DNA from: the human T2T-CHM13v2.0 reference genome, Homo sapiens | Length of the DNA: 64,000 nt | Assembly (NCBI RefSeq): GCF_009914755.1 | Contig: NC_060929.1 | Strand: one strand, 5' to 3' | Shown here: positions 36,240 to 57,959 of the stretch, one piece after another | Position numbering within the stretch: the stretch's first letter is position 1 | Layout: each line of letters starts with the position of its first letter | Position numbers and translations under genes: made by a program | Notes under the pieces: generated by a model | Database searches by the model: none | The model's input: the letters and a program-made list of their open reading frames with translations, nothing else | Told to the model about the DNA's origin: nothing

Positions 36240-38487
36240 TTTTTTTTTTCTTTTTTTTAAATTTATTATTTATTTTTATTGATCATTCTTGGGTGTTTCT
36301 TGCAGAGGGAGGTTTGGCACGGTCATAGGACAATAGTGGAGGGAAGGTCAGCAGATCAACAAGTGAACAAAGGTCTCTGGTTTTCCTAGGCAGAGGACCC
36401 TGCGGCCTTCCGCTGTGTTTGTGTCCCTGGGTACTTGAGATTAGGGAGTGGTGATGACTCTTAACGAGCATGCTGCCTTCAGGCATCTGTTTAACAAAGC
36501 ACATCTTGCACCGCCCTTAATCCATTTAACCCTGAGTGGACACAGCACATGTTTCAGAGAGCACAGGGTTGGGGGTAAGGTCACAGATCAACAGGATCCC
36601 AAGGCAGAAGAATTTTTCTTAGTACAGAACAACATGAAAAGTCTCCCATGTCTACTTCTCTCTACACAGACACGGCAACCATCCGATTTCTCAATCTTTT
36701 CCCCACCTTTCCACCCTTTCTGTTCCACAAAACCGCCATTGTCATCCTGGCCCGTTCTCAATGAGCTGTTGGGTACACCTCCCAGACGGGGTGGTGGCCG
36801 GGCAGAGGGGCTCCTCACTTCCCAGTAGGGGTGGCCGGGCAGAGGCGCCCCTCACCTCCTGGACGGGGCGGCTGGCCGGGCGGGGGGCTGACCCCCCCCA
36901 CCTCCCTCCCGGACGGGGCGGCTGTCCGGGCAGAGTGGCTCCTCACTTCCCAGTAGGGGCGGCCGGGCAGAGGCGCCCCTCACCTCCCGGACGGGGCGGC
37001 TGGCCGGGCAGGGGGCTGACCCCCCAACCTCCCTCCCGGTCGGGGCGGCTGGCCGGGCGGGGGGCTGACCCCCCCACCTCCCTCCCGGACGGGGCGGCTG
37101 GCCGGGCGGGGGGCTGACCCCCCCACCTCCCTCCCAGACGGGGCGGCTGGCCGGGCAGAGTGGCTCCTCACTTCCCAGTAGGGGCGGCCGGGCAGAGGCG
37201 CCCCTCACCTCCCGGACGGGGCGGCTGGCTGGGCGGGGGGCCGACCACCCCACCTCCCTCCCGGACGGGGCGGCTGGCCGGGCGGGGGGCTGACCCCCCC
37301 ACCTCCCTCCCGGAGGGGGCGGCTGGCCGGGCAGAGGGGCTCCTCACTTCCCAGTAGGGGCGACCGGGCAGAGGCGCCCCTCACCTCCCGGATGGGGCAG
37401 CTGGCCGGGCGGGGGGCTAACCCTCCCCACCTCCCTCCCAGACGGGGTGGCTGCCAGGCGGAGATGCTCCTCACTTCCCAGACGGGGTGGCTGCCGGGCG
37501 GAGAGGCTCCTCACTTCTCAGATGGGGCAGCTGCCGGGCGGAGGGGCTCCTCACTTCTCTGACGGGTCGGTTGCCAGGCAGAGGGTCTCCTCACTTCTCA
37601 GACGGGGCGGCCGGGCAGAGACGCTCTTCCCCTCCCAGACGGGGTCGCTGCCGGGCAGAGGCGCTCCTCACATCCCAGACGGGGCGGCGGGGCAGAGACG
37701 CTCCTCACTTCCTAGATGTGATGGTGGCCGGGAAGAGGCGCTCCTCACTTACTAGATGGGATGGCGGCCGGGCAGAGATGCTCCTCACTTTCCAGACCGG
37801 GCAGCCAGGCAGAGGGGCTCCTCACATCCCAGACGATGGGCGGCCAGGCAGAGACGCTCCTTACTTCCCAGATGGGGTGGCGGCCGGGCAGAGGCTGCAA
37901 TCTCGGCACTTTGGGAGGCCAAGGCAGGCAGCTGGGAGGTGGAGGTTGTAGCGAGCGGAGATCACGCCACTGCACTCCAGCCTGGGCACCATTGAGCACT
38001 GAGTGAACAAGACTCCATCTGCAGTCCCGGCACCTGGGAGGCCGAGGCTGGTGGATCACTCGTGGTTAGGAGCTGGAGACCGGCCCGGCCAACACAGCGA
38101 AATCCCGTCTCCACCAAAAAAATACGAAAACCAGTCAGGCGTAGCGGCGCGCGCCTGCAATCGCAGGCACTCGGCAGGCTGAGGCAGGAGAATCAGGCAG
38201 GGAGGCTGCAGTGAGCCGAGATGGCGGCAGTACAGTCCAGCTTTGGCTCGGCATCAGAGGGAGAGCGTGGAAAGAGGGAGAGGGGAGACCGTGGAAAGGG
38301 GAGAGGGAGAGGAGGGAGAGGGAGAGGAGGGAGAGGGAGAGGAGGGAGAGGGAGAGGAGGGAGAGGGAGAGGGAGAGGAGGGAGAGGAGGGGGAGGGAGA
38401 GGGAGAGGAGGGAGAAGGAGAGGAGGGAGAGGGAGAGGAGGGAGAGGGAGAGGAGGGAGAGGAGGAGAGGTAGAGGGAGAGGGAGAG
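36240..38487 (-). mobile_element. Full-length SVA retrotransposon (probably SVA_C/D-type): hexamer, Alu-like, VNTR, SINE-R, poly(A)
   Basis: Poly-T ~36240-36280; SINE-R ~36281-36775; GC-rich VNTR ~36775-37895; Alu-like ~37895-38270; (AGAGGG)-type tract to 38487; 11-bp TSD gcctatttttc at 36229-36239 and 38488-38498. Confidence 0.97.
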
Positions 38488-38663
38488 GCCTATTTTTCAT
38501 TGTAGCAAGCTCACTGATTTCTGTTTGTTTGCCCTTTAAGGCCATGACTTGACTTGTGATTTAGGATCTTGATAAGGCATTGAAGTTCATTATTAGTTTA
38601 TTCAAAAATTGATATTTGAACTGTTACTTAATAAAGGTTAGTACTACAGATATAGTATTGTAT

Positions 38664-38804
38664 TTTTTTAATTTTTATTTTTTATAGGCATGGAGTCTCA
38701 CTGTTTTGCCCAGGCTGGTGTCAAACTCTTGGCCTCAAGCAATCTTCTTGCCTTGGCCTCCCAAAATGCTGGGACATTACCAGCATGAGCCACCATGCCC
38801 AACC
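38664..38804 (-). mobile_element. FLAM / Alu left monomer
   Basis: gcccaggctggtgtcaaactcttggcctcaagc...catgagccaccatgccc. Confidence 0.82.
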
Positions 38805-39017
38805 TCTAAAAGTAGTATTTTATAATTATCGTATAGTTCTTAAAATCTTTGTGTTTGGTACTTGATCTTTGGAGCCAATTCCATAAAGAGGGCAGAAATA
38901 TGTAAAAGTTATTACTGGGAGAATTAAGAAACTTATCTCTGTAGTCAAATATGTACTATTAGACTAAGAGATCTAGAATATCTGGGTCTGCCTATGAATT
39001 TGAAGATTTAAGTACTT

Positions 39018-39310
<293 letters not shown>

Positions 39311-39329
39311 AGGACTTATTATTTTAGTA

Positions 39330-46058
<6,729 letters not shown>

Positions 46059-46289
46059 GAGTAAATAATTTTTATGAGTATAAAAACTAGTTGTCACAAT
46101 TGAAGCATTTAAAGTAGAGCCTGGAATATTACTTGAGGAAAACATTAAAGGCAATATTTGCATAAGGCGTTATTTGCACAAAAAGTGAAAAGTGAAAGCC
46201 TCGTTTCACCTCTCCTCCAGCTTTGTCCCTCTCCCTAGAAGACAGCCACTAACAACTATTGATGAATTTTTGTTTATTATGGAATATTC

Positions 46290-46579
46290 TTTTTTTTTTG
46301 AGATGGACTCTTGCTCTGTTGCCCAGGCTGCAGTGCAGTGGTGTGATCTCAGCTCATAGCAACCTCCGCCTCCTGGGTCAAGCGATTCTCCTGCCTCAGC
46401 CTCCTGAGTAGCTGGGATTACAGGCGCCCACCACCACGCCCAGCTAATTTTTTATATTTTTGGTAGAGACCAGGTTTCACCATGTTGGCCAAGCTGGTCT
46501 CAAACTCCTGACCTTGTGATCCGCCTGCCTCTGCCTCCCAAAGTGCTGGGATTACAGGCGGGAGCCACTGTGCCTGGCC
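46290..46579 (-). mobile_element. Alu (AluSg-like)
   Basis: Antisense dimer. Confidence 0.92.
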
Positions 46580-46761
46580 TTTCTTTACCTTTCTTTTAAA
46601 CCATAGATTTGTTTTGGAGAAAATTGTTTACACTCCTTGAGTTCATTCTAGCCTTTACAGTTTAGCAGACACCAACATGATCCAGGTTTGATTTAATGTG
46701 ATACTTAAATTTTTGCTTACTTCTACTAATTAGGGATTATTTGCAGCAACTCACTGGATTA

Positions 46762-47247
<486 letters not shown>

Positions 47248-47346
47248 TCATTAAAGAGGTTGATAGGTCAGTCTATTAAGTAAAAACTAGTTGTTGTTGA
47301 TATTAAGATACATATGTTACTAGTTCCTTTGACATTATGGTGATGA

Positions 47347-47650
<304 letters not shown>

Positions 47651-48342
47651 ACATTTTTCTTTTATTGTGGATCAGTTTAAAATTTGCTTGTTACCAAAAT
47701 TTGTTATAAATTAAGATACTTCTATTAACAGAGCTACAAATTATAGACATTTTATCATGTGAATATTTTTCACTGTTAAACATTTATGGTTAAATAAATT
47801 ATACTGTATGACCTAGGACATATAATTTAATCTCCTTTGCAATAGATACATTAAATTTACCGTTTAAATCTGTTACTGTTAATAATAGTGGCAAACATTA
47901 TGTTGGAAGTCTTCTTTTACATCACAACATTGTTATGTGAATTTTTGACAGTAGAAACAAAAATAGAGAACTACAATATATGAATATAGCTAAATACAGA
48001 ATGGTGACTTTTTTCTCTTCAAGGGTAAAAAGACTTTTTTTCTCTTCTAGTGAATTAGACTGCATAAATAGAAAAAGATTGATTCATTAGCTTTACAGTT
48101 TTGCCTAGGAATGATCTATAAATGCATTTCCCCACCTGCTGCTTACGGAAAGTATAAAAAGGAAGTTAAAGGAAAGTTTCCTTGTTGGTTACTACCATAA
48201 GAAAGGTGCTATATTCTATTTTAGCAGGGCCACTATATGGAAAATATCTAAATTAAATGTTGTTACAAAAATGAATTACTAATGAGATTCTAGCTAAGGA
48301 GGGCACTAAATGTGGATTTTGTGTGTGTATATATATATGTAA

Positions 48343-48646
<304 letters not shown>

Positions 48647-48792
48647 AATATATATTTAAAAAATCCAAAACAAACAAAGGTTGCTATAAAAAAGCTCTGT
48701 ATGTACTGTAAGCATATAGGTTTTTTTCTTTTTTTCATGTGTGTTTTTAAACAATGGAAGAGTCAACTGTGTTAGACTAAATTATGTTATTG

Positions 48793-49096
<304 letters not shown>

Positions 49097-50132
49097 GCAT
49101 TATTGTATGTGCTGCATTGAATGGAACGTTTATATTATAATTATCAAAAAAGTTTGCGTCATAGCAATTTATCCTCATTGAAAACCTTGCAGCATCCTTT
49201 TATTTTGGAATATCCTCTCAACAGTCATACCACCAGGACATGACTGTATAACAATAAAATATTCTCTTGCATTAAATTGGGGATATCTATTCAATAAAAG
49301 ACAAAAAAGAAAATGTAGGAAGTGTACTTAGAGCTGTTACTTTCTAAGTGCCCAACACCGTGGACAATTCAAGCATCGTAATCTCTGTAAATAACAATAA
49401 CAAAAAAAATTTTTGTCCTGCTGTTAAAATCCATCATTATAGACAAAACTGGTGAAGATTGATTAGACAGATTCATCTAACACTGATGTCCAAGCTGGCG
49501 TTGGCAACTAATGCATAACTGGTGGTCAATAGAGATTTTGAAAGATCTTCACTTTCTATTGTTCTTTTCCAGGGGTCTTGAAGAGTTCTGTTCTAAAATA
49601 TGTTGTTGAGTTGAGCTTCTCAGTTTGCTTTTTCATTCTCAAACTGGTGACGTTTTTCCTCTAATTCTTTGTGCTGTGCTTAAATTCCTTTTTGCTCTTG
49701 GCACCGTTGGAGCTCAGTTTCAGAGTCCTTCAGTTTTTGAACTTTTTTTTTTTTGACCTTCATCTTGAACGCCTGCTTCATCTTTGTCCCCATCTTCTTC
49801 ATTTTAGCTACATGCTGTCTTCTTTCCTCTTCCATTTGTGCCAGAGGGCTCTTAGTAAGCTGCCCTTTATTCTTGTTGTTTTCAACTCCATTGTAAGTCA
49901 GGTGCCATTTTTCTGCTTCTGTGGTTTTCGTAATGGGCATTATCAGGAACATCTTTCAAGTCTTGTATGTGTGTTCCTATCAAGATACTCCTTAGAATTG
50001 TAAAATTACAGTGCTCACCATATTCAACATCAGCAACACCCTTAGGATACTGCCTTCCTCTGACTCTCTTGCCATTAACTTCAATGGTAGTATTATTGGC
50101 TACCACAGCAAGTGGTAAACAGTCCTTTATCC

Positions 50133-50520
50133 TTTTTTTTTTTTTTTTTTTGAGACAGAGTCTCGCTCTGTCACCCAGGCAAGCCTGGTGATAGCTGGTT
50201 GTCCAGGATAGAATTTTAGTTCAACTTTAAACTTACCGAATTACTCACAGAATTTTACTTAGTCTGGTAATCTGGAGTGCAGTGACCGATAGCTCACTGC
50301 AACTTCTGCCTCCTGGCTTCAAGTGATTCTTGTGACTCAGCCTCCCAAGTAATTGGGATTACAGGCACATGCCACCATGCCTGGCTAATTTTTGTATTTT
50401 TAGTAGAGATGGGGTTTCGTCATGTTGACCAGGCTGGTCTCGAACCCCTGGCCTCAAGTGATTTGCCTGCTCTGGCCTCCCAGAGTGCTGGGATTACAGA
50501 CATGAGCTGCTGCACCCAGC
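50133..50520 (-). mobile_element. Alu (AluS) in the SEPTIN7 retrocopy CDS, itself interrupted by a NUMT
   Basis: TSD cagtcctttatc at ~50120 and 50521. Confidence 0.93.
50180..50271 (+). other. Micro-NUMT: fragment of mitochondrial 16S rRNA (MT-RNR2)
   Basis: agcctggtgatagctggttgtccaggatagaattttagttcaactttaaa matches recalled mt-16S AGCCTGGTGATAGCTGGTTGTCCAAGATAGAATCTTAGTTCAACTTTAAA; splits Alu cccagg|ctggagtgc. Confidence 0.9.
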
Positions 50521-51319
50521 CAGTCCTTTATCTTTTTAACAAGTTTATTTTCTTCATCATGTGTTTTTGGAAATTCATATATTTAATTTTATGTTCTTAG
50601 ATTTCTTTCATTATCTGTTTTTAAACTATTGGCATTTCTCTGGTATCAGCATGTCTGCTTTGGCAATAAGTGGGAATGATATTCACTTTTTCAAGCAAAA
50701 GCTTCATAAACTTAGTATCAAATGGTTTAAGTCCATGTCCTGAAGGAGAAATGAAGTATAAACAACACTGCACCCTGTTATGAGGCATCTGACATCTGTT
50801 TTATCATGATTCTCCATTTAGGTGGTCCTCAATTTACTATCAGTGTAGTCAGTAACCAACAATTACTATTACCCATTGCAAGTCTAAATCATGGGATATC
50901 AACTCTTGTGAGCAGCAACTGAACACCACCTTCTTTGATTAAAACTTTGCATAGTTCCACCTGCACGGTCTTTTTAATTCTGTGAGAAGAATCTGGATAC
51001 TCTGGAGAATACAGAGTGAAGAATAATGAGTTGATTAATGTAAAGTTTCTGAATCCAGATTTCCCCACTGCCATAAGTATGAATTCCAACCCTCTCTTCA
51101 CTGATTTTCTGGATATTTGATTTGGGAGACTGGAAAATCCCACGTAGACTTCAGGGTTCTTCTGTTGAGCTACCATGCTGCTGTTGATGCTTCTCTCCTC
51201 AGCAGCAGATCTCTTGCTGACTGACATACCCTCCCCACTCCATGACTAGCCCCAGCTGGAAATCTTATTTAGAGGTTAAATAAAATGTGTTCCAGAGATT
51301 TAAAGATAAATGAAATATT

Positions 51320-51555
51320 ATAAATTTGTTCAGACCCGTAGAATGTACAACACCAAGAATGAACCCTAAGGTAAACTGTAGACGTTGGGTGATAGTGATG
51401 TGTCAGTGTAGATTCATCAATTGTAATAAATGTACCACTTTTGGTAGTGGATGTTGATAATGTGGGAGGCTATGCATATGTAGGATGGGGAATATGGCTG
51501 TACCTTTGAATTTTGCTGTGAACTTAAAAATACTCTAAAAAATAGTATTTAAAAA
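51320..51555 (+). mobile_element. L1MC-like 3' end fragment
   Basis: agaatgtacaacaccaagaatgaaccctaaggtaaac...aataaatgtaccact. Confidence 0.8.
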
Positions 51556-51566
51556 ATCTTAAAATA

Positions 51567-51850
51567 GGCCAGGCACGGTGGCTCACGTCTGTAATCCCAG
51601 CACTTTGGGAGGCTGAGGCAGGTAGATCACGAGGTTGGGAGATCGAGACCATCTTGGCCAGCGTGGTGAAACCCTGTCTCTACTGAAAATACAAAAATTA
51701 GCTGGGCGTGGTGGCGTGTGCCTGTAATCACAGCTACTCGGGAGGCTGAGGCAGGAGAATGGCTTGAACCAGGGAGTTTGCAGTAAGCCAAGATCACACC
51801 AGTGCACTCCAGCCTGGCAACAGAGCGAAACTCTGTCTCAAAAAAACAAA
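51567..51850 (+). mobile_element. Alu (AluSc-like)
   Basis: Dimer ending ~140 nt before exon 10. Confidence 0.92.
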
Positions 51851-51993
51851 ATCTCAAAATAAAATTAAAAAGTGAAAGAGAAGGACTTTCAGGCAAACAA
51901 AATATAAATGTAATAGTAATAAAAATATGAAACATGGATGTTTCATATGCTAGAAGGTAAAAATTTTAATTTTATCTTTTTTTTCTCTTATAG

Positions 51994-52206
51994 ACATTCC
52001 ACTTCTTCCATCTATTACATCTCTGAGTCTAAATGAAAATGAAGAGAAGACCGGACCTTTTGTTGTACACTGGCTAAACAATAAAGAACTGCATTTTACT
52101 TTGTCCATGGAAGTTTTTTTACAGCAACTTAGAAAAAGTTTTGAACAACCATCTTCTGAGGCCAGTGTAGAAGATTCTAATCAGGCAGATGTAAAATCTG
52201 ATGAAG
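51994..52206 (+). CDS. DMXL1: DMXL1 exon 10, 213 nt, phase 1-1
   Basis: ctcttatag|ACATT...GAAG|gtaaac; (D)IPLLPSITSLSLNENEEKTGPFVVHWLNNKELHF...KSDE(E). Confidence 0.96.
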
Positions 52207-52454
52207 GTAAACTTTAAGAGGAAAGGAAAATTTAAAGTTTTGCTCAAAATAGCAAACATTTTCATATTAGGGTAAAACTAGCTACTTGTAATAAACTTTA
52301 AAATTGCAATGACATGATCCAAACATGGACTAGCTCATTTAATAATCTAATGTAGATATTTCTGTTATAGGTAGCTTTCTTCCACATGGTTATTTAAGGA
52401 CTGGGGGTTCTCATTCTTCTGGTTTTGTTAGCCCTTAGGACTTTCCTATATAAA

Positions 52455-52605
52455 GGACTATCTGTAGACTAGCAGCATTGGTGTTACCCAGGAGCTTGTT
52501 AGAATGCATGTCTCAAGGTCCACACAGACCCACCAAACCAGAATCTGCAATTTAATGAAATTTCCAGGTGATTTGTATGTACATTAAAGTTTGAGAAGCA
52601 TTGAA
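52455..52605. mobile_element. MER5A-like hAT MITE
   Basis: agcagcattggtgttacccaggagcttgttagaatgca...aaagtttgagaagca. Confidence 0.75.
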
Positions 52606-53101
52606 ACTAGGACATTAAATTTCTCTGCCTTTGGCCTTCAGTTGGTATAGAGAGAGAGTTAGAGAGAAAGAAAGCATAGCTATTTGTCAGCTACCTTGAT
52701 TGACGCATATCACTTACACTGTCATTCAGCTGGCAAGAACATTCAGCTGGAATTCACAGGGCCCGTGTAGTTCCTGACTCTGTAGCCTTTATATGCTGAG
52801 AAATGGAAAGTAAGAAACTGTGGTGTGCAGCTAGCCATCTCTGTGACAGTCTGTGGTTCATAAATGTGTTTGGTTTTTTTTTTTTAAGTTTTGTTTTAAT
52901 TTGTTTAATTTTTAATTTCAAGATGGTTTATGATCATTAGGTAAGAAAAATCAAACAGGTACACAGATAGTTATGAAGTTTCCACATTGTTAAGTTTGAT
53001 AAGTATCCTTCCAGTTTGATTCTTTGCTTATGCTCACACAAACATCTAAATACAGACACTTAAAAGTTGTACTGTGGGTGTGCATTTTTATACAGAAATA
53101 A

Positions 53102-53980
<879 letters not shown>

Positions 53981-54666
53981 TAAATCTGGTAAACAGTCAA
54001 AACTTAAAAAAAATATATCTCTTCAGAGAAAGGCTCTATATTGCTAACCAGGAATTGGGGGAGGGTGAGGGGACTGGGATTTTTGAAAGAGGAAAGAATA
54101 TACATATTTACCTGTATTGATAAGTTGATACACAGTTTATTTTTTGTTACTAAGGTGTTGAAGGAAACCTGGAAATTGGCACCATAAATGCATTTCCTTG
54201 AAATGATTTCTTTAAGATGCCATACCAGTTACAAGTCCATACACCTAGAGGATAACTAATGTAGCATACTGAGGTTTGGATAAACCTGGTACTTTAGAGA
54301 TAAAGTACAAATTACACTCAAATAATGTATTTTAAAAACTCAGTCCCAATTTTAGTTCCAATTCCAATTCCTTCTTTTTACCATGAGCAAAACTGAGGTC
54401 CAGAAAAGTAGTGTGTGTTACTAAAGGTTAACTGAGTGGTTAAATATAGAACATCTGCATTGAGAAGCCAGTTTACTTATTTTCCAGTTTAATATTAGGT
54501 CTTCTACCAGTAATCCACTGACTCAGTCCTGTATGGCTACTGATTACTCAGTGAACTTCAGTGACCTTATATTCCTGGAGCAAAGTTACTTTTAATGCAG
54601 AGCCCATTTCTTATTAATATGAAAACTGTTATGTTTTTCATCTTGAATCCATTTATAAAGATATTT

Positions 54667-55702
<1,036 letters not shown>

Positions 55703-55846
55703 CATTACATTTACTGGTTTACTTAAAGTATATTGCAAAGAATATGGATAAAGAGATGTGTAGGGTGAGGTGTGGCGGAAGGGGTACAGAGCTTCCATGC
55801 TCTCCTTAGGCATGAGATCTCCATGTGTTCAGCTATCCAGAAGCTC
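55703..55846. mobile_element. MER21-like LTR fragment
   Basis: tttactggtttact...gaaggggtacagagcttccatgc...ccatgtgttcagctatccagaagctc. Confidence 0.7.
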
Positions 55847-55913
55847 GGTAATTCTTAATTTATAGTAATAACCTGTTTGTATTTACTTGGTTCATGAACT
55901 CTTTTGCTTATAG

Positions 55914-56167
55914 AAACTGATGATGGTGTTGATGATCTGAAAATAAATCCCGAAAAGAAGGAATTAGGCTGTGATAAAATGGTACCAAACTCAAGTTTTA
56001 CATCATTATCGTCAGCTGCCATTGATCATCAGATTGAAGTACTTCTGTCTGAATGGAGTAAAAATGCAGATATGCTATTTAGTATTCATCCCATGGATGG
56101 TTCTTTGCTAGTTTGGCATGTGGATTGGCTGGATGAATACCAGCCTGGTATGTTTCGTCAAGTACAG
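55914..56167 (+). CDS. DMXL1: DMXL1 exon 11, 254 nt, phase 1-0
   Basis: gcttatag|AAACT...CAG|gtacta; TDDGVDDLK...HPMDGSLLVWHVDWLDEYQPGMFRQVQ. Confidence 0.96.
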
Positions 56168-56275
56168 GTACTACTGTTATTTCTGGAGAGCTACTTCCTT
56201 GTTTATGTGGGTACTATTTTCTAATACCTCTTTATATAATTTTATATGTTCTAACACTTGCTTTCTTGATTCTAG

Positions 56276-56960
56276 GTGTCCTTTGTTTCCAGAATTCCAG
56301 TAGCTTTCCCCACAGGTGATGCAAACTCTCTCTGTAAAAGCATAATGATGTATGCCTGTACCAAGAATGTTGACTTGGCTATTCAGCAGGGGAAACAAAA
56401 ACCTTCTGGCCTCACCCGTTCCACATCAATGCTTATTTCTTCTGGTCACAATAAATCATCTAATAGTTTAAAATTAAGTATTTTTACGCCTAATGTTATG
56501 ATGATATCAAAACATGCTGATGGTTCTCTGAATCAGTGGCTGGTCAGTTTTGCCGAGGAATCTGCTTTTTCTACTGTTCTCAGTATTTCCCACAAATCCA
56601 GATATTGTGGTCATCGTTTTCATCTTAATGATTTAGCTTGCCACTCAGTATTACCATTATTGCTGACAACATCACACCATAATGCATTAAGGACACCAGA
56701 TGTTGATAACCCAGAGCAACCTTTTGATGCTCTAAATATTGAAGAATGCTCTTTGACACAACAAAATAAAAGCACTGTTGACGTGGCATTTCAGGATCCC
56801 AGTGCAGTTTACAGTGAGCTTATTCTGTGGAGGGTTGACCCAGTTGGGCCATTGTCTTTTTCTGGAGGAGTTTCTGAGCTTGCCCGGATTAATTCTCTTC
56901 ATGTTTCTGCCTTTTCCAATGTGGCATGGCTGCCCACTCTTATACCCAGTTATTGTCTGG
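56276..56960 (+). CDS. DMXL1: DMXL1 exon 12, 685 nt, phase 0-1
   Basis: ttctag|GTG...CTGG|gtaagt; VSFVSRIPVAFP...WLPTLIPSYCL(G); matches ORF 56276..57049. Confidence 0.97.
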
Positions 56961-57049
56961 GTAAGTATTCTGGTTTTTATTACAGTAATTTAGATTTGCT
57001 GACATTATCATCAAAGGGTGAAATTTTAATATTTGTAAATACTTTCTAG

Positions 57050-57171
57050 GTGCATACTGCAACTCTCCTAGTGCATGCTTTGTAGCCAGTGATGGACAAT
57101 ATCTGAGATTATATGAAGCAGTTATTGATGCTAAGAAACTTTTATCTGAGCTTTCTAACCCTGAAATTTCT
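57050..57171 (+). CDS. DMXL1: DMXL1 exon 13, 122 nt, phase 1-0
   Basis: tttctag|GTGCA...TCT|gtaagt; AYCNSPSACFVASDGQYLRLYEAVIDAKKLLSELSNPEIS. Confidence 0.95.
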
Positions 57172-57959
57172 GTAAGTAATGTCTTTTAAAACAGCTTAAG
57201 TATATAATATTATGTTTTCAGATAGTTTATATTTATTGGGCATGTTCTACAATTGTGACCTATAATTTGTAATAAGCATTTGTATCTTTGTTTTATTTTT
57301 TCACATTTGTACTCTTGTAATGATTTAAAGCTCCTTTAAAAGGAAACCATTTCTTTCACTCTTTGAAAGAAAGTAGAGTCTCATCTCCTGTAATATGTTT
57401 CTGTAACACTTCTTTACTCATAGATAAATGAGGACTACTGACAGTATAATGTAGAAGTTATATCGGCCCCCCTGCAATTATTTTATAGGCAGGAGGAGCT
57501 GGAACAACAGGAATAGAATTTTAATCTTAAACATGAAAAGAAAGAGCCCTTAGCTTGGTTACAGTTCAGACAAGAGTTCTTTCAGTATTGTTGTAAGGCT
57601 TTTGCCTTATGACAGGCCACATTTGTTCTCATACCCACCTAATAACAACCTTCTAACTGCATTGTCTTGGGACATCCAACAAGCAAGCGTTTCCACTTTT
57701 CTGGTTTTGGCGATTTTTCTTTTGGTATCCCCAGAGGCAGCCTTCAGCTGTACCAAGCTTTCTATTTAGGAGATTCAAGCCATCTCCCTGACTACCAATT
57801 AATGTGTTTGTTAATGCTCGGCTTACAGAGTTGCATAAATGTCAGTGATCTGTTCCAATCCTGTTTTTTTCTGTAAGTTAATTTTAATGCATAATTTTGC
57901 AGAACACAAGGTTTTCCAAAGCATGTATATAGTATTACAGTAGAAATGTATATATTTTG

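Noticed and set aside
36761-38059. GC-rich CpG-island-like block with many Pro/Gly/Arg ORFs and regularly spaced repeats (superficially CRISPR-like)
   Set aside because: It is the SVA VNTR; units are contiguous with no unique spacers, and the context is eukaryotic
38243-38473. (GEGEE)n ORF resembling RPGR ORF15
   Set aside because: Convergent low complexity from the SVA hexamer tract; it lies within the SVA TSDs and has no other RPGR homology
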